This document shows positions 21,228 to 33,619 of a DNA stretch of 64,000 bases, one piece after another. Where the stretch lies: NCBI GenBank assembly GCA_965240325.2, contig OZ251251.1, positions 1 to 64,000 of the forward strand, read 5' to 3'. The translations under genes were made by a program, and so were the position numbers. The stretch's first letter is position 1; each line of letters opens with the position of its first letter. The stretch comes from Rebecca billardiae RCC1528 (taxonomy: Eukaryota; Protista; Haptophyta). The notes below the pieces were generated by a model. It was not told the DNA's origin. It made no database searches and was given only the letters and a program-made list of their open reading frames with translations.

Positions 21228-22059
21228 CGCGCCGTGCTGCGCCGTGGGCGGCGCGAGCAGCGAGGCGAGAAGCTTCTCGAGGTCCTCGCCGCCCGAGCCG
21301 CTGCCGCTCGAGTGCTGCAGCGCCAGCTGCGCGTGCGCACGCGGCGGGCGGGCGCGCGCATCAGCGCGTGAGCCGGCGGCGCGCGCGGTGGCGCGCGCGC
21401 ACGCGCGGTGGCGGGCGCGCACGCGCACGCGCGGCGCGCCCGCCCGCCCTACCTGCGGCGGCTGCGCGGTGAGGCCCATGCCGTAGAAGGCGGGCGTGAG
21501 CGTGAGGCCGCTCACGCCGCCGCCGCCGCCGCCGCTCCCCGCGCCGCCGCCCGCCGCCGCCGGCTTGGGCGGCGGCGCGGCGGACGCAGACACCGATGCG
21601 CCTCCGCCCGGTGTGGCGGGCGGCGGCGGGGGCGTGTGTGCACCCGAGCGCGCTTGCGAGGCGGAGTGCGAGCGCGCGGCCGAGGTGGAGTGCTCGTGCG
21701 CGGCGGCGGCGGAGGGCGGCGGCAGCGCCGCCGGGCGCTGCGCCTGCTGCTGCTGCTGCGCCTGCTGCTGCTGCTGCCGCTGCTGCGCCGCCTGCATCGC
21801 GTACGCCTGCGCGGGCGGCGGCGCGGGCGGCGGCGCGGGCGGCGGCGCGGGCGGCGGCGCGGGCGGCGGCGCGGGCGGCGGCGCGGGCGGCGGCGCGGAG
21901 GGGCGGCGGCGGCGGCGGCGAGCGGTGAGCGCGGCGACACGCGGCGCGGTGGGCGCGCGCGCGCGCGGCGTGGGCGCGCGCACCTGCGCGGTGAGCGCCG
22001 CCTGCTGCATGGCGTGCAGCTGCATCAGCTGCTGCAGCTGCCACGCGGTCGCAGCGGAC

Positions 22060-22112
<53 letters not shown>

Positions 22113-22279
22113 GCCGCCCGCCGCGGCCGCGGCGAGCGCGGGCGGCCAGCCGGCGAACTGGCCGCCGAGGCCGGCAGCGGCGGCGGCGGCGGCCGCCGCC
22201 TGCGGGTTTGCAAACAGCGCGCCGCCGCCGTACGCCGCCGCCGCCGCCGCCGCCGCCGCCTGCTGCTGCTGCGCCGACG

Positions 22280-22310
<31 letters not shown>

Positions 22311-22644
22311 GCCGCCCTCGCCCGCCGCGGCCGCGGCGGCGGCGGCCGCCGCGGCGTGCTGCTGGTACAGCAGCGCGGCGGCGGCCGCCTGCTGCTGCTG
22401 CAGCAGCGCGGCGGCCGAGAGCTGCTGCGAGGAGCCGCCGCCGCCGCCGCCGCCCGCGCGCGCGCCGCCGCCCGCGCCGCCGGCCTTGGCGGCGGCACCG
22501 CCGCCGCCGCCACTCGGCGCGCCTCGCGCGCCCGCGCCGCCGCCGGCCGCGCCGCCGCCGCCGCTCGCCCCACTGCGCGCGGGCTGCTGCGCGGCGCCCG
22601 CCGCGCCGCCGGGCGCGGCCTTTGCGCCCGCCTTTGCGCCCGCC

Positions 22645-22675
<31 letters not shown>

Positions 22676-22728
22676 GCGCGCCCGCGCCGGCCGCGCCGCC
22701 GCCGCCGGCGGCGGCCTTGGCGCCGCGC

Positions 22729-22760
<32 letters not shown>

Positions 22761-24471
22761 CGCCGCCGCCGCCGCCGCCTTGGCGGCGGCGCTGGGCTTG
22801 GGCGGCGGCGCGGGCGTCGGCTGCGGCGGCGCGTGCGCCACCTGCCTCGGCGCCACCGCCCGCGGCACCAGCCCGGCCGGCAGCCACCCCGGCGGCGCCA
22901 CCGCGCGCTGCGCCAACAGCGCAGGGTGCGTCGGCGCGGTCACAGTGCCGGGCAGCTCCGGAAAACACACCCAACAGTCGACCAGCTTGGGCGGCTGCGG
23001 CGCGCCGCCCCAGCGCAGGGCGCGCAGCGCGGTGAGCGTGTCGCGCAGCCGCAGCGCGCGCCAGTCCGCCTCCGACGGCTCGACCAGCGCCCACTGCGAC
23101 AGCGTCGCGCGCCGCTCCAGCAGCCCTGCGATCATGCCGTCTGCGCGCACGGCAAACGCCAGCGCGCGCGCGCCCGCGGCGGCGGGCGCGGCCGCCGCGG
23201 CGGGTGCGGCGGCCTCCTGCTTGACGGCGCCGCCGCCGCCGCTCGGCACAGACACAGGCGCGGCGCTGCGCAGCTCCTCCAGCAGCTGCGCGTAGTCGTC
23301 CGCCGTCACGACGTACAGCCAGTTGGCGCTCTTGAAAAACGCAGAGCCCGCGGCCGTGCCCACGCCCGCGCTGTCCGGGTGCGTGACCAAGGGCCCGTTG
23401 GGGCACGAGAGCGCGACGACCGAGCCCGGCAGCAGGCCCGAGATGGGCGGGATCGGCAGGGCGGACAGCGGAGCGGACGAAGCGCCGCCGCCGGGCGGTG
23501 CCGAAGCGGCCGCCGACGCGGCGGCGGCGGGCGCGGCGGCGGCGGCGGCGGCGGCGGGCGTCGCGGGCGGCGCCGCCGCCGCGCCGCCGCCCGCCGCGGG
23601 CGCGGCGGGCGCGGCGGGCGCGGCGGGCGGCGCGGCGGGCGGCGCGCCTGGCTCGGCCTTGACGGCCGCAGCCGCGCCGCCGCCCGCCGCCGCCACCTCC
23701 GCCCCCTCCGCCGCGCCGCCCCCGCCGCCACCCTCCGCCGCCGCCGCCGCCGCGGCCGCCGCCGCCGCGGCCGCCTGCCCTCCGAGCCAGGCCGCCTCCG
23801 CGCTCGCGCAGAGCGGACACTGCTGCAGCTGCTGCGGCTCCGCCAGCTTGAGGCAGCTGCGCGGGGCGAGGGCACACACACGCACACGCGCGCGCACAGG
23901 CAGGGGGCAGGGGGGCACGCGCACGGACGGCGCGTCAGCAAGTGCGGCAGGCGCGGCGCACGCGCACACGCACACGCAACGGCACGCGCGCCACGGCACA
24001 CGCCGCAGCGCTCGCGCCGCCGCGCGGCCGCGCGCTGTCGCAGCGGCGCTTGGCGCCTGGCGCCCTAATAACCCCTAACCCACCCTCACCCTGGCGCGCG
24101 GCGCGCCGCCTCACCCCCAGCAAAAGCGATGGCGGCAGAGGAGCGAGACGGGCTGGTTGAGCGGCAGCGTGCACAGCGGGCACTCCGTGTTCACCGACCA
24201 CGCGCCGCCCGAGCCGAGCGGCGCCGCCGCCGCCACCGCCGCGGCCGCGTGCGCGCCGCCGCAAGCGGCGCCGGCCGCGCACGCGGCCGCGCGCGCCGCG
24301 CCGCCGCCGCCGCCCGCCGCCGCGGCGTTGCGCTCGAAGCAGCGCTGGAGCAGCTCGAGCTCGCGCGCGTACACGTGCATGTTCGCCGCGAGCGAGCGCG
24401 CGCGCGCGAGCGAGCCCAGGCCCACGGGCAGCCCCGACGCCAGCCCGGCGTGCGCGGCGGCGGCGCGCTGC

Positions 24472-24506
<35 letters not shown>

Positions 24507-24548
24507 CGCGGCCGCGTCGGCCGCGGCGGGCGCGCCCGCGGGCGCGGC

Positions 24549-24585
<37 letters not shown>

Positions 24586-24717
24586 ACGGCGGGCGCGTGC
24601 TCGGCCGCGTCCACGCCCGGCGTCGGCGGCCGCGTGCCCAGCGCCGGCGCCTGCACCGTCGACAGATAGGACGCCGCCGCCGCCGAGTGCGGCGCGAGAC
24701 CGCCGCCGTCCGCGCAC

Positions 24718-24760
<43 letters not shown>

Positions 24761-25084
24761 TGGGCGCGTCGCGGTCCTCCGCCATGGGCGCGGGGCCGGC
24801 GGCGTCCGGGCCGGCCCGGTCGGGCGCCTCCGCCTCGCGCGCCCCGCCGCCCACGCGCCCCGCCGCCGCCAGCGCGCCCCCCGTCCCGTACCGGCAGCCC
24901 GCCACCGCGCCGCGCCGCCACTGGTTGTAACCCTCGCGCATCGCCTGCGCGGCCGCGCGCTCGGCGCGCGAGAGGAGGCCGTCGTTGAAGAAGAGCTGCG
25001 GGAGGGAGCGCACGCGGCGGAGCTCGCCCGTGGTGGGGTGCACCAGCGGGCGCCCGCCGCGCACCGCGCCCACGCCGCACCCCT

Positions 25085-25122
<38 letters not shown>

Positions 25123-25296
25123 TCCGCCGCGCCCGACCGCAGCGGCGTGGGCGAGGAGGTGCGCTCGTCGCCGGCGAAGCCGGCGGTGGAGGAGGCGCGC
25201 GGCGGGCCGAGCCCGCGCGCGGACGCGCCGAACGCCGGGTGCCACGCCGACGCGGACGACGCCGCGCCGCCCGCGCCGGCGGCGGCGGTCGCGCCT

Positions 25297-25332
<36 letters not shown>

Positions 25333-25592
25333 GCGGTGGCCGAGGCGGGGGCCGGCGGGAGCGGCGGCATGTCCGCGTTGGTCGTGCGCGCGCGCTTCGC
25401 GCTACGCGCGTCCGCGCCGTCGCCGCCCGCCGCCTCGCCCTCGCCCGCCGCCTCGCGCGCGCGGCCGTGCGCGCCGCCGGCCTCAGTCATTAGCGCGTCG
25501 CCTGCCGCGCCCTCGGCCGCGCCGCCCGCCGCGCCGCGCGCGGCGAGCGCGGGCGCGGCGCGGGCGGGCGGGTCGGTCGCGTCCGCGTGCAT
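20204..25592 (-). CDS. C3HC4 RING-finger protein (putative E3 ligase) with long low-complexity regions; 5 exons (25592-24115, 23856-21984, 21806-21453, 21326-20433, 20266-20204)
   Basis: Spliced RING: CPLC-TLPLNQPVSLL-CRH-RF-CWG|CLKLAEPQQLQQ-CPLC across GT-AG intron 24114-23857. Further GT-AG introns keep frame to VDSFCELLHNIFESLDDPNP*. Start codon choice uncertain. Confidence 0.75.
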
Positions 25593-26306
25593 CCGCGCGC
25601 GCTGCGGGTGTGCCGCCCGCTGCGCGCGCCCCGGAGCCCGCAGCCCGCTGCCCGCGCTGGCTGCTGCTGCGGCCGCTGGGCGGCGTTCGACGCCGGCCCC
25701 CTGCGACTGCTGCCACTGCTGCTGTGCTGCCTGGCCGGCGGCGGCGCTTGGCGCGGCGCCAGCCACTGGCGCGTGCTGGCGGGCCACTGGCCGGGGGGCG
25801 GCCCGTGGTCGCTGTGTGGAACGACCGGCGGGTCGTCTGCGCGCGGGGCCTCGCGAGTGGCCCTCGCCTGCGCCGCTGCGCCGCCGGCGCGCAAACGCGG
25901 CGGCTGCGCGCGAGGGCACTTGGCGACAAGTTCGCGAGAGGCCGCGGTGCGTTCGGGGCTCCGTTCTGCGCGGCGCTCACGAGGCGACTCGGCGCCAGAG
26001 CGTTCGTCAGTTGGTATTCATCTGACGAGGCGCACAGCCCGATTCGTAGGGGCCGCGGGGAATCAAGCATGCCACCCGCGGTTCGCATGCGGTTTGGTTC
26101 GGGGCGAAACTTCGTCGGCGAGCAAGATGACAAAACCCGCGCACGCCTTGCGTATTCGCCGAGCTGGGCTTCTCGGGCCTAAATAATATTGCGGGCGTTC
26201 ATATTGGCGCGCCGATAAGAATCGGCGGGGCTACTCACAAATCCCTCCCTGCCCGGACAGCCGCTTCGGCGGTGCCGCGCCGGACCGGCACCGCCGCGCC
26301 CGGCCG

Positions 26307-26476
26307 CTAGCGGCCCTCCGCCGGGCGCTGCGCGAGGCGCTCGAGCAGCTCCGCGCCCGAGCGCGCGCGGCGCACGCGCGGGCAGCGCGAGAGCGCCGCG
26401 CGCGCCCCACCGCCGCCCTCCGCGCGCAGCGCCGCCGCCCACTCCGCAAGCCACAGCCCGCCGCCGCCCGCCGCCA

Positions 26477-26514
<38 letters not shown>

Positions 26515-26902
26515 GGCGGCGCGCCGCCGCCGCTCGGCGGCGCGTCGCCGTCCGCGCCGGCGGCGAGCGCGAGGAGCGCGGCGGGGCGCGCGTCGACGTA
26601 CTCGACGCGCACCTCCACCGCCGCCAACGAACGGCCGCCACGCACGCCGCCGCCCCGCGCGCCGGCCGCCGCCGTCGCGGCCACGCGCGCGGCGAGCGCG
26701 CCGCCGGCGGCGCGGCCGCGGCCGCGCGCCGCCGGCCGCGGCGCGGGCGCCCACGCGACGCCGCGCGCCGCGCCGGCGGCGGGGTCGGCGGGGTGGGCCG
26801 CGGCGGCGGCGGCGGCGGCGGCGGCGAGCGCGAGCCGCCGCGTGTGCGCGATCGCGCGCGCCGGCGTCGGCACGCCCGCGGGCGCCGTGAGCACGTGCGT
26901 GC

Positions 26903-26933
<31 letters not shown>

Positions 26934-27545
26934 GGCCGCGGCGGGCGCGGCGGCGGGCGCGGCCGGCGGCGGCGGCGGCGCGGCGGGCGCGGCGGGCGCG
27001 GCCTGCAGCTGGCCGAGCGCGCGCGTGGCCTCCACGTCCGCCGCGCGCGCCGCCAGGCTGCGCAGCAGCGCCGCTGCGTCAGCCGCCGGGTGCGCCGTGC
27101 ACACGCACGCCAGCGCCCATGCCGCCGCTGGCGGCGGCGGCGGCGGCGCGGCGACGGCGGCGGCGTCGGCGGCCGCGTCGGCGGCGGCGGCGGCCGCGGG
27201 CGGCGCGGAGGATGGCGGCGGCTGCGCCGTCACGGGCTCGGGCTCGGCGGGCGCGGCCCCGTCCACGCCGGCCGCGAGCGCGCGCACCAGCGGCGCCGCC
27301 GCGGGCACCAGCCAGTGCGCCCGCGCCCAGCCCTCCGCGTCCGCGCGCCGCCACCCGTCGCGCGCTGCGCCGCACGCAGCCGCGACCTGCGCGCGCGTGG
27401 CGCCGTAGCGGCGGAGGAGGGCGCGGACGAACGGCGGGTCGGCGTTGGGCGAGGTGAGGGCGTGGGACTCCTCGAGCCACGCCGCGCGGATCTCGCCCAC
27501 GCTCAGCGGCCGCGCCCCCCGCCGCCCACGCCGCCCACGCGCCCC

Positions 27546-27582
<37 letters not shown>

Positions 27583-28373
27583 CCCAAAGTGGCGCCCGCC
27601 GCGTCCGCCGCCGTCGCCGCCTCATCCGCGCAGAGGCGCGCGAGCAGCGCGGCGTGGAAGGGGCGGCGGACGAGCGGCGCGAGCGCGCGCAGCTTGAAGC
27701 GGAGCCACGCGGGGCACACGCCGCCCACCTCCGCCTCGTAACGGCCGGGCAGTAACGTCTCCGTCAGCATGGCGGCCTTGTCTGCAGCGCTCACGCCGGC
27801 CTGGCGGTCGCGCACGCCCGCGTGGCGAAGCGGCACGGCGGCGGCGGCGGCCATGGGCTCGGGCCAGAGGGCGAGGGCGGCCATGTACCCGACGCGCGAG
27901 AGCTCGGGCTCGTTGTCGCACAGCACGCCCTCCAGCTGCACGCACAGCGCGCGCACGACGAGCGGCGGCGGCGGCGGCGGCGGCGTGGCGGCGGCGTCGG
28001 CGGCGGCCGCCGCGCCCGCGCCGGCGGAGGCGGCGGCGGGCGGCGGGGCGCCGCCCGCGAGGCGCGCGGCCGCGGGAGGCGCGCCGTCGCGCAGCTGCGC
28101 GCGCGCGCGCTCCGCCGCGAGCTCCCACGGCACGGAGCCGCCCGGCGCGCGCCGGCCCGCGGCGCGCCGACGGCCGCCGCCGCCGCCGCCGCCGCCGACC
28201 GGCGGCGGCGGCGGCGGCGGCGGTGGCGGCGGCTGCGGCGCGGCGCGGAGGGCCGCGCGCGCAGGTGCGCGCCGCGCGGCCGTGCGCACGCGCGGCAGCG
28301 CGCTCGCCGCGCCCGCCGCGCCGCCCAGCAGCAGCGCCGCCAGCGCCAGCCGGCGCGCGTTAGGTGGCGGCAT
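26307..28373 (-). CDS. HAD-superfamily-like protein (cyanobacterial/plant LDFDGVLCD-type family) with signal/bipartite-like presequence and degenerate catalytic motif
   Basis: N-term LALAALLLGGAAGAASAL then an Arg-rich stretch. Motif I VQLEGVLCDNEPELSR..Y.AALALWP. Also PAWL..KLRAL.P, RPLSVGEI.AAW, YVDARPAAL and LWLAEW (cf. FVEDR..TL, LFLADWGYN). Confidence 0.65.
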
Positions 28374-28716
28374 CGCCCGCCCGCACCCGACAAAATGCGC
28401 CGCGGCGCTGTCGCCTGTCGTCGCCTCGTCAGTCGTCGGCGGGTTTTCGCGCGCCCTCGATGAATGAATTCATGAATTCACCGGCCGGCGCGCGGGAATG
28501 AATTCTTCGAGCGGGCACCAGAATGGCCGGACTGGCGGCGCGCCGCGCCCGGACTCGGCAAGACGACCGACGCGCCCGCGCGGGCGAGCCTGAGGAGCGC
28601 GAGCAAGCGCCCACCGACGACGCCGGGCGCCGCCTGCCTGCCCCCGGCCCCCGGCCCTCGGCTCGAGCGAGCACCGAGCGCCAGCCGCGCACGCCCCACC
28701 CACCCACCCCCCGCCG

Positions 28717-31700
28717 ATGAAGCGCTCCCGCGACGAGCGCGGCCCCGCCGCCGCCCACCCCGCCGCCCCGGGCCCCGGCCACCGCTCGGATGAGGAGCGC
28801 GTGGTGTCCCTGATCGCGCGCATCGGCGAGCGCTCGCTCGAGTCGATCCACGGGCACGTGGACGGGCTGGCGCGCGCGCTGTACGCCGACATCCCCGCGC
28901 ACGGCCCGCTCATCGTCGACACCGTGCTCGACGCGTGCGCCGCCCTCCCCCACAAGACGGGCATCTACGCCTCGCTGTGTGGCCTGCTCAATGTGTCCGA
29001 CCCGCAGTTCGGGGAGCGGCTGGTGCGCCAGGCGTTTGGCGCGCTGCAGGTGCGGCCGGGCGGCGGGCGCGCGTGTGCTGCGTGCGCGGCGCCGGGTGCG
29101 CGTGTGCTGGGGTGTGTGCGCGTGCGTGTGCGCGCGTGCGTGTGCGCGCGGTGTGCGCGGTGGTGGCGGGTGCGGTGCCTTTGCGCGCCCACCGCCGCCA
29201 ACCCTACCCCCAACCCTACCCCCAACCCTACCCCCCCCCCCCCCGCAGCGCGGGCTGAGCGAGCACCGCCCCGCCGAGGCGCGCGCGTCCCTGCGCCTCC
29301 TCTCCGAGCTCGCGTGCGTGCGCGCCGTGCACGCGGGCACGCTGGCCGACGCGTTCGATGATGTGGCGGCCGCGGCGCTGGACGGCGCGCCGGCGGCGGG
29401 GAAGGCGGCGGAGGGGGCGCTGTGCCGGCAGCTCTGGGCGGTGCGGCGCGCCGCGCCGCCGTCCGGCGCCGCGCGGGCCCCGCCGCCTGTCCCTGCGCGC
29501 GCGCGCGCGCGCGCGCGCGCGTGCGTGCGTGCTTGCGCGCGCGCGCGCACACACACACACGCTCACGCCCGCCGCCGCCGCCGCTGCCCCCCGCCCCGCG
29601 CCCCGCGCCGCGCCGCGCACGCGCGCCGCCGCGGGCGCAGGACGCGCTGATGCACGCGCTGTGCTGCGCGCTGCCGCACGCGGCCGCGGCGCTCAACGGC
29701 GCGGACGGCGGCGCGGACGGCGGCGGCGCGGACGGCGGCGGCGAGGGCGGCGGCGGCGGCGCCGACGGGGCGCCGGGCGCGCGGCTGCGGCGCGTGCTGC
29801 GCGCGGTGCGCGAGTACTGCGGCGGCGCCGACGAGCCCGACGCGCCCGGCGCCATGGACGACGGCGGCGGCGGCGGCGACAACGGCGGCGACGGCGCGCG
29901 CCGCGCACCGCTCACGCGCTGGGCGGCGGCGGCGGCGCTGCGGCCGCTTGGCGGGCTGGGCGGCGGCGTGTGCGCAGACGGCGGCGTGGCGGGCGCGTGC
30001 GCGCCCGGGCCGTTCGAGCGCGCGCTCACCGCCGCCGCCGCCGCCGCGGGCGCGCGGCGCGAGGCCGAGACCGCGGCGGCGGCCGAGGCGGGCGCGCTGC
30101 CGGCGGCCGGCGGCGGCGGCGGCGCGGCGGGCGCGGGCGCGAGCGCGGCGGGCGGCGGCGGCGCGGAGGCGGAGGCGGAGGCGGGCGGCGGGGTGGCCGC
30201 GGTGTGCGTGGACGTGCTGCAGCTCTGGGCGGGGCCCGGCCTCGCGCGGCTGCGGGAGGACAACGTGCGCGCCACGCGCGCCGCGCGCGCGCCGCGCGCG
30301 CCACACGCGCCGCGCCGCGCCGCCGCGCCGCCGCCGCGCCGCCGCCGCGCCGCCGCCGCCTTGCTGAGTGCCGCGGCGCGCCGCCGCGCGGCGGTGCGCA
30401 GTGGGAGCCGCCGCCGTCGCTGCTGCCGCGGCCGTGGACGCGCTTCGACGCGGCGGGCGAGTTTGACGGCGCCACCGCGCACGCGCTGCCCCGGCTGCTG
30501 CTGCCGCCGCCGCCGCAGCCGGCGGCCGCGGCGGCGGGGAGCGGCGGCGGCCATGCTGAAAACGGTTACGCGCTCTGGCTCGACCGTTACGCGCCGCTGC
30601 TGCGCGTGCGGCTCTTCGACGCCGACGGCGGCGCGCACGGCGGCGGCGGCGGCGCGCTCGGCTCGCGCCTGCTCGCCGCCAGCCCGCTCGCGCGCCTCGT
30701 CGCCGAGGAGACGGCGGCGACGGTGCGAAACCGCTTGGCGCCGCGCGCGCGCCCGCGCCGCGCGCGCGGCGCTTGCGGCCTGCGCATGCAGATTCGCGCC
30801 GCACCGCCGGCCGGCCGGCGCCGGCGCTGCGAGTGCGCACGCACGCGCGTGCGCGGTGCCGCCGGCACGCTCACCCTTCCCCGCCCCGCCCCCCGCCCCC
30901 CCGGCAGCTCATCGCCGCCTTTGGCGCGTCGGCGCGCGAGGGCGCCGCGCAGCTGTGCGCGTGGCGCGAGCTGTGCCGCGTCGAAGTCAGTGCGGTGGCG
31001 GCGGAGGCGGCGGTGTCCGCCATGCTGACGTCGGCGATGGCGGTGGGCGCGGGGGGCGCGGGCGGCGGCGGGGGCGGGGAGGAGGCGCGGCCGGCCGTGT
31101 ACTACTGCGCGCTGCTCGTCGCCCTCTGCCGCGGCCCCATGCACGCACTGCCACTCGCCCTTGAGCGCGCCGCCACCGCGCTGCTAGCAGCACACGTGCG
31201 CGCAAGCGCGCGCGCGCGCACGCGGCGCGCGGACACGCACGCGGACACGCGCGCACGCGCACACGCACGCGCCGCGCACGCGCCGCCGCGTTGCGCGCGC
31301 CCGCGCCGCGCCCGCCCGCCCACACGCACACACGCCCCTGCGCCCCCCGCCCCCCAGTCGCGCCTCGACCCCGCGTGCGCCGAGTGCGCCGCCGCCTGGC
31401 TGGCATGGCAGCTGTCGCACTTTGGGTTTGAGCTGCGCACGCTGGCGCGGCCGTGGGCGGTGGTGATGGCGGGGGGCGGGGTGGCGGTGGGGGGCGGGGC
31501 GGAGGAGGAGGGCGCGGCGGTGTGCGCGGGCGCGGCGGCGGGCGTGCGCGCCGTGCTCGACCGCTGCCTCCGCCTCAGGTGCGCACACCGCCGCGCACAC
31601 CGCCGCACGCACCGCCGCGCCGCCGCCCGCCCGCGCGCGCGCCCGCCGCGGCCGCAGCGCGGCCGCGTGCGCAGCAGCGCAGCAGCGCGCAGCGCCGCCC

Positions 31701-33369
31701 CCGCCTGGCTGACCCCGACGCTCCCCCGCGTGCCCTCCCGCCACGCCCCCCCCGCCGCGCGGCGCCGCGCCCGTCGCAGCTACCACGAGCGCGTCGCCGA
31801 GGCCGTCGGCGCCGCCGCCGCCGACGGCGCCGCGCTCCTGGCGTGCTGCATGCCGCCGCGCCCGGCGCCCGCGTTTGAATTCGCGCCGGGCGCGGCGGCG
31901 GACGCGGCGGCGGCGGCGGAGGGCGGCGGCGCGCTCGACGGCGCCGCGCTGGCGGCGCTGGCCTCGTCGCTCGCGCAGCGGGTCAAGGCGCGGGTGCGCG
32001 CGCACCCGCGCGCGCGCACACGCCGCGCGCGCGCGCGCCCTCGCGCCCGCGCCCGCGCTCACCGCCCGGCCCCGCCTTTTTCTTTTCTCCCTTTTCTGTC
32101 CTGCTTTTCTTCTCGCGTCTTCGTTTCTTGGCTCCTCTTTTTTCGCGCGCCGCCGCAGGCGGACGCGGCCGAGACGGCGGCCTGGCTGCAGGGGGCGGCG
32201 CCGCCTCTGCTGTGCGCGCGGCTCGGCGTGGCGTCGGCGGCGCAGCTGGGGCACAAGTCACTCACGCACATGCACTCCGTCCTCGCGCGCTTCGAGCCGG
32301 TGCGCGCGCGCCCCGCCCTGCCGCCGCCGCGCGCCGCCGCGCCGCTGCGCTCACGCGCGCTCACGCGCGCTCACGCGCCGCGCCGCGCGGCGCGGCGCGG
32401 CGGCAGCTGCTGCGCCGGCTGCTGTGCGACACGGCGACGCGCGTGGCGGCGGTGGGCGCGGCCGAGCGCTTCTGGGCGCGCTCGCTGCAGCACGCCTGTC
32501 TCCTCACCGAGCGGCTGCTCGAGCGCGAGCTCGTCGACGCGCAGGTGCGCGCCCTTTCGCGTCTTTTCGTCTTTTCTCTCTTCCTCTCTTTTCTTTCCTG
32601 TGCGGTTGATTTCTTTTTCGCGCGCGCGCGCGCCCTTGTTTGCTCGTCGCGCCCGCCGCCGCGCCGCGCGCGCGGCCGCGCTCACGCGCCGCGGACCCGC
32701 GCGCGCGCGCCGCGGACGCGCGCGGCGCAGGCGGTGGTGCACCACTGCTTCGCGCCGGAGCGGCTGCGCGCGCTCGCCGGCCGCCGGCCGTGGGCGCTCC
32801 TCGCCCTCGCCGCCGAGCACGTGGGCGCGCGCGCGGCGGACGCGCGCGGCGCGGTGCGCGCGGCGCGCGGCCGCGCCGAGCGCGGCGCGGAGCGCGGCGG
32901 TGGTGGCGAGGGCGGCGGCTCGGAGGTGGCGCGGTGCGCGGCGCTGGCCGAGCAGTGGGCGCGCGAGGCCAAGGCCTTCTGGCTGCTCCTCCTCCAGCGC
33001 GCCTTCGCCGTGCTCGCCGACGCGCCGCCCGCGTCCGCCGCGCCGCCGCCGCCGACGCCCGCCGACGCCGCCGCCGAGGCGGCGGCGGAGGGCGCGGCGG
33101 AGGCGGAGCCGGGGCGCGGCGGCGGCGGCGGCGGCGGCGCGGCGGGGGGCACGGCGTACATGGCCGAGGGCGGGCGCTGGCACCGCGCCGTCCTCGCGCA
33201 CACCGCCGCCCTCTGCCGCGCGCACGCGCCTGCACTCGCGCCCTCCGCCGCCGCCGCGCATTCGCTGCTGCTCGCGCCCGCGGCGGAGGCGGGCGCGCTG
33301 CGGCCGGCGGTGGGCGCGCTGTGGGAGGCGGTGCGGCAGGCGTGCGACGCGCCGCGCGCGGAGGCGTGA
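28717..33369 (+). CDS. NCBP1: Nuclear cap-binding protein subunit 1 (CBP80), MIF4G domains, multi-exon
   Basis: Exon 1 SLIARIGERS..SI..HVDGLARALYADI......IVDTVLDACAALPHKTGIYASLCGLLN..DPQFGERLV matches the CBP80 N-terminus. Later AWLAWQLSHFGF, LDRCLRL|SYHERV, GHKSLTHMHSVLARF and LLTERLLERELVD. Many GT-AG introns; not all internal boundaries resolved. Confidence 0.88.
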
Positions 33370-33619
33370 GCCGCCGCGCCGCGCCGCGCCGCGCGCGCGC
33401 GGCAGACGGGCGCTCGCCGCTGCCTTGCGCCGCCATATGGTCAGAGTGCACACGCGTGACATAGCCGCGGCCGCCATCGTGGGTCCGCCGAGCGGCCGTC
33501 GTCGGTTACGCGCGAGACGGTTTCGCGTAGTAGCTGACGAGCCCTCCGCGGCAGCCTAGAGCCCAGTGCATGGCGGACGGGGCGCGAGCCCGCACGCCCC
33601 CCGCACCGAGCCGCAGCCG

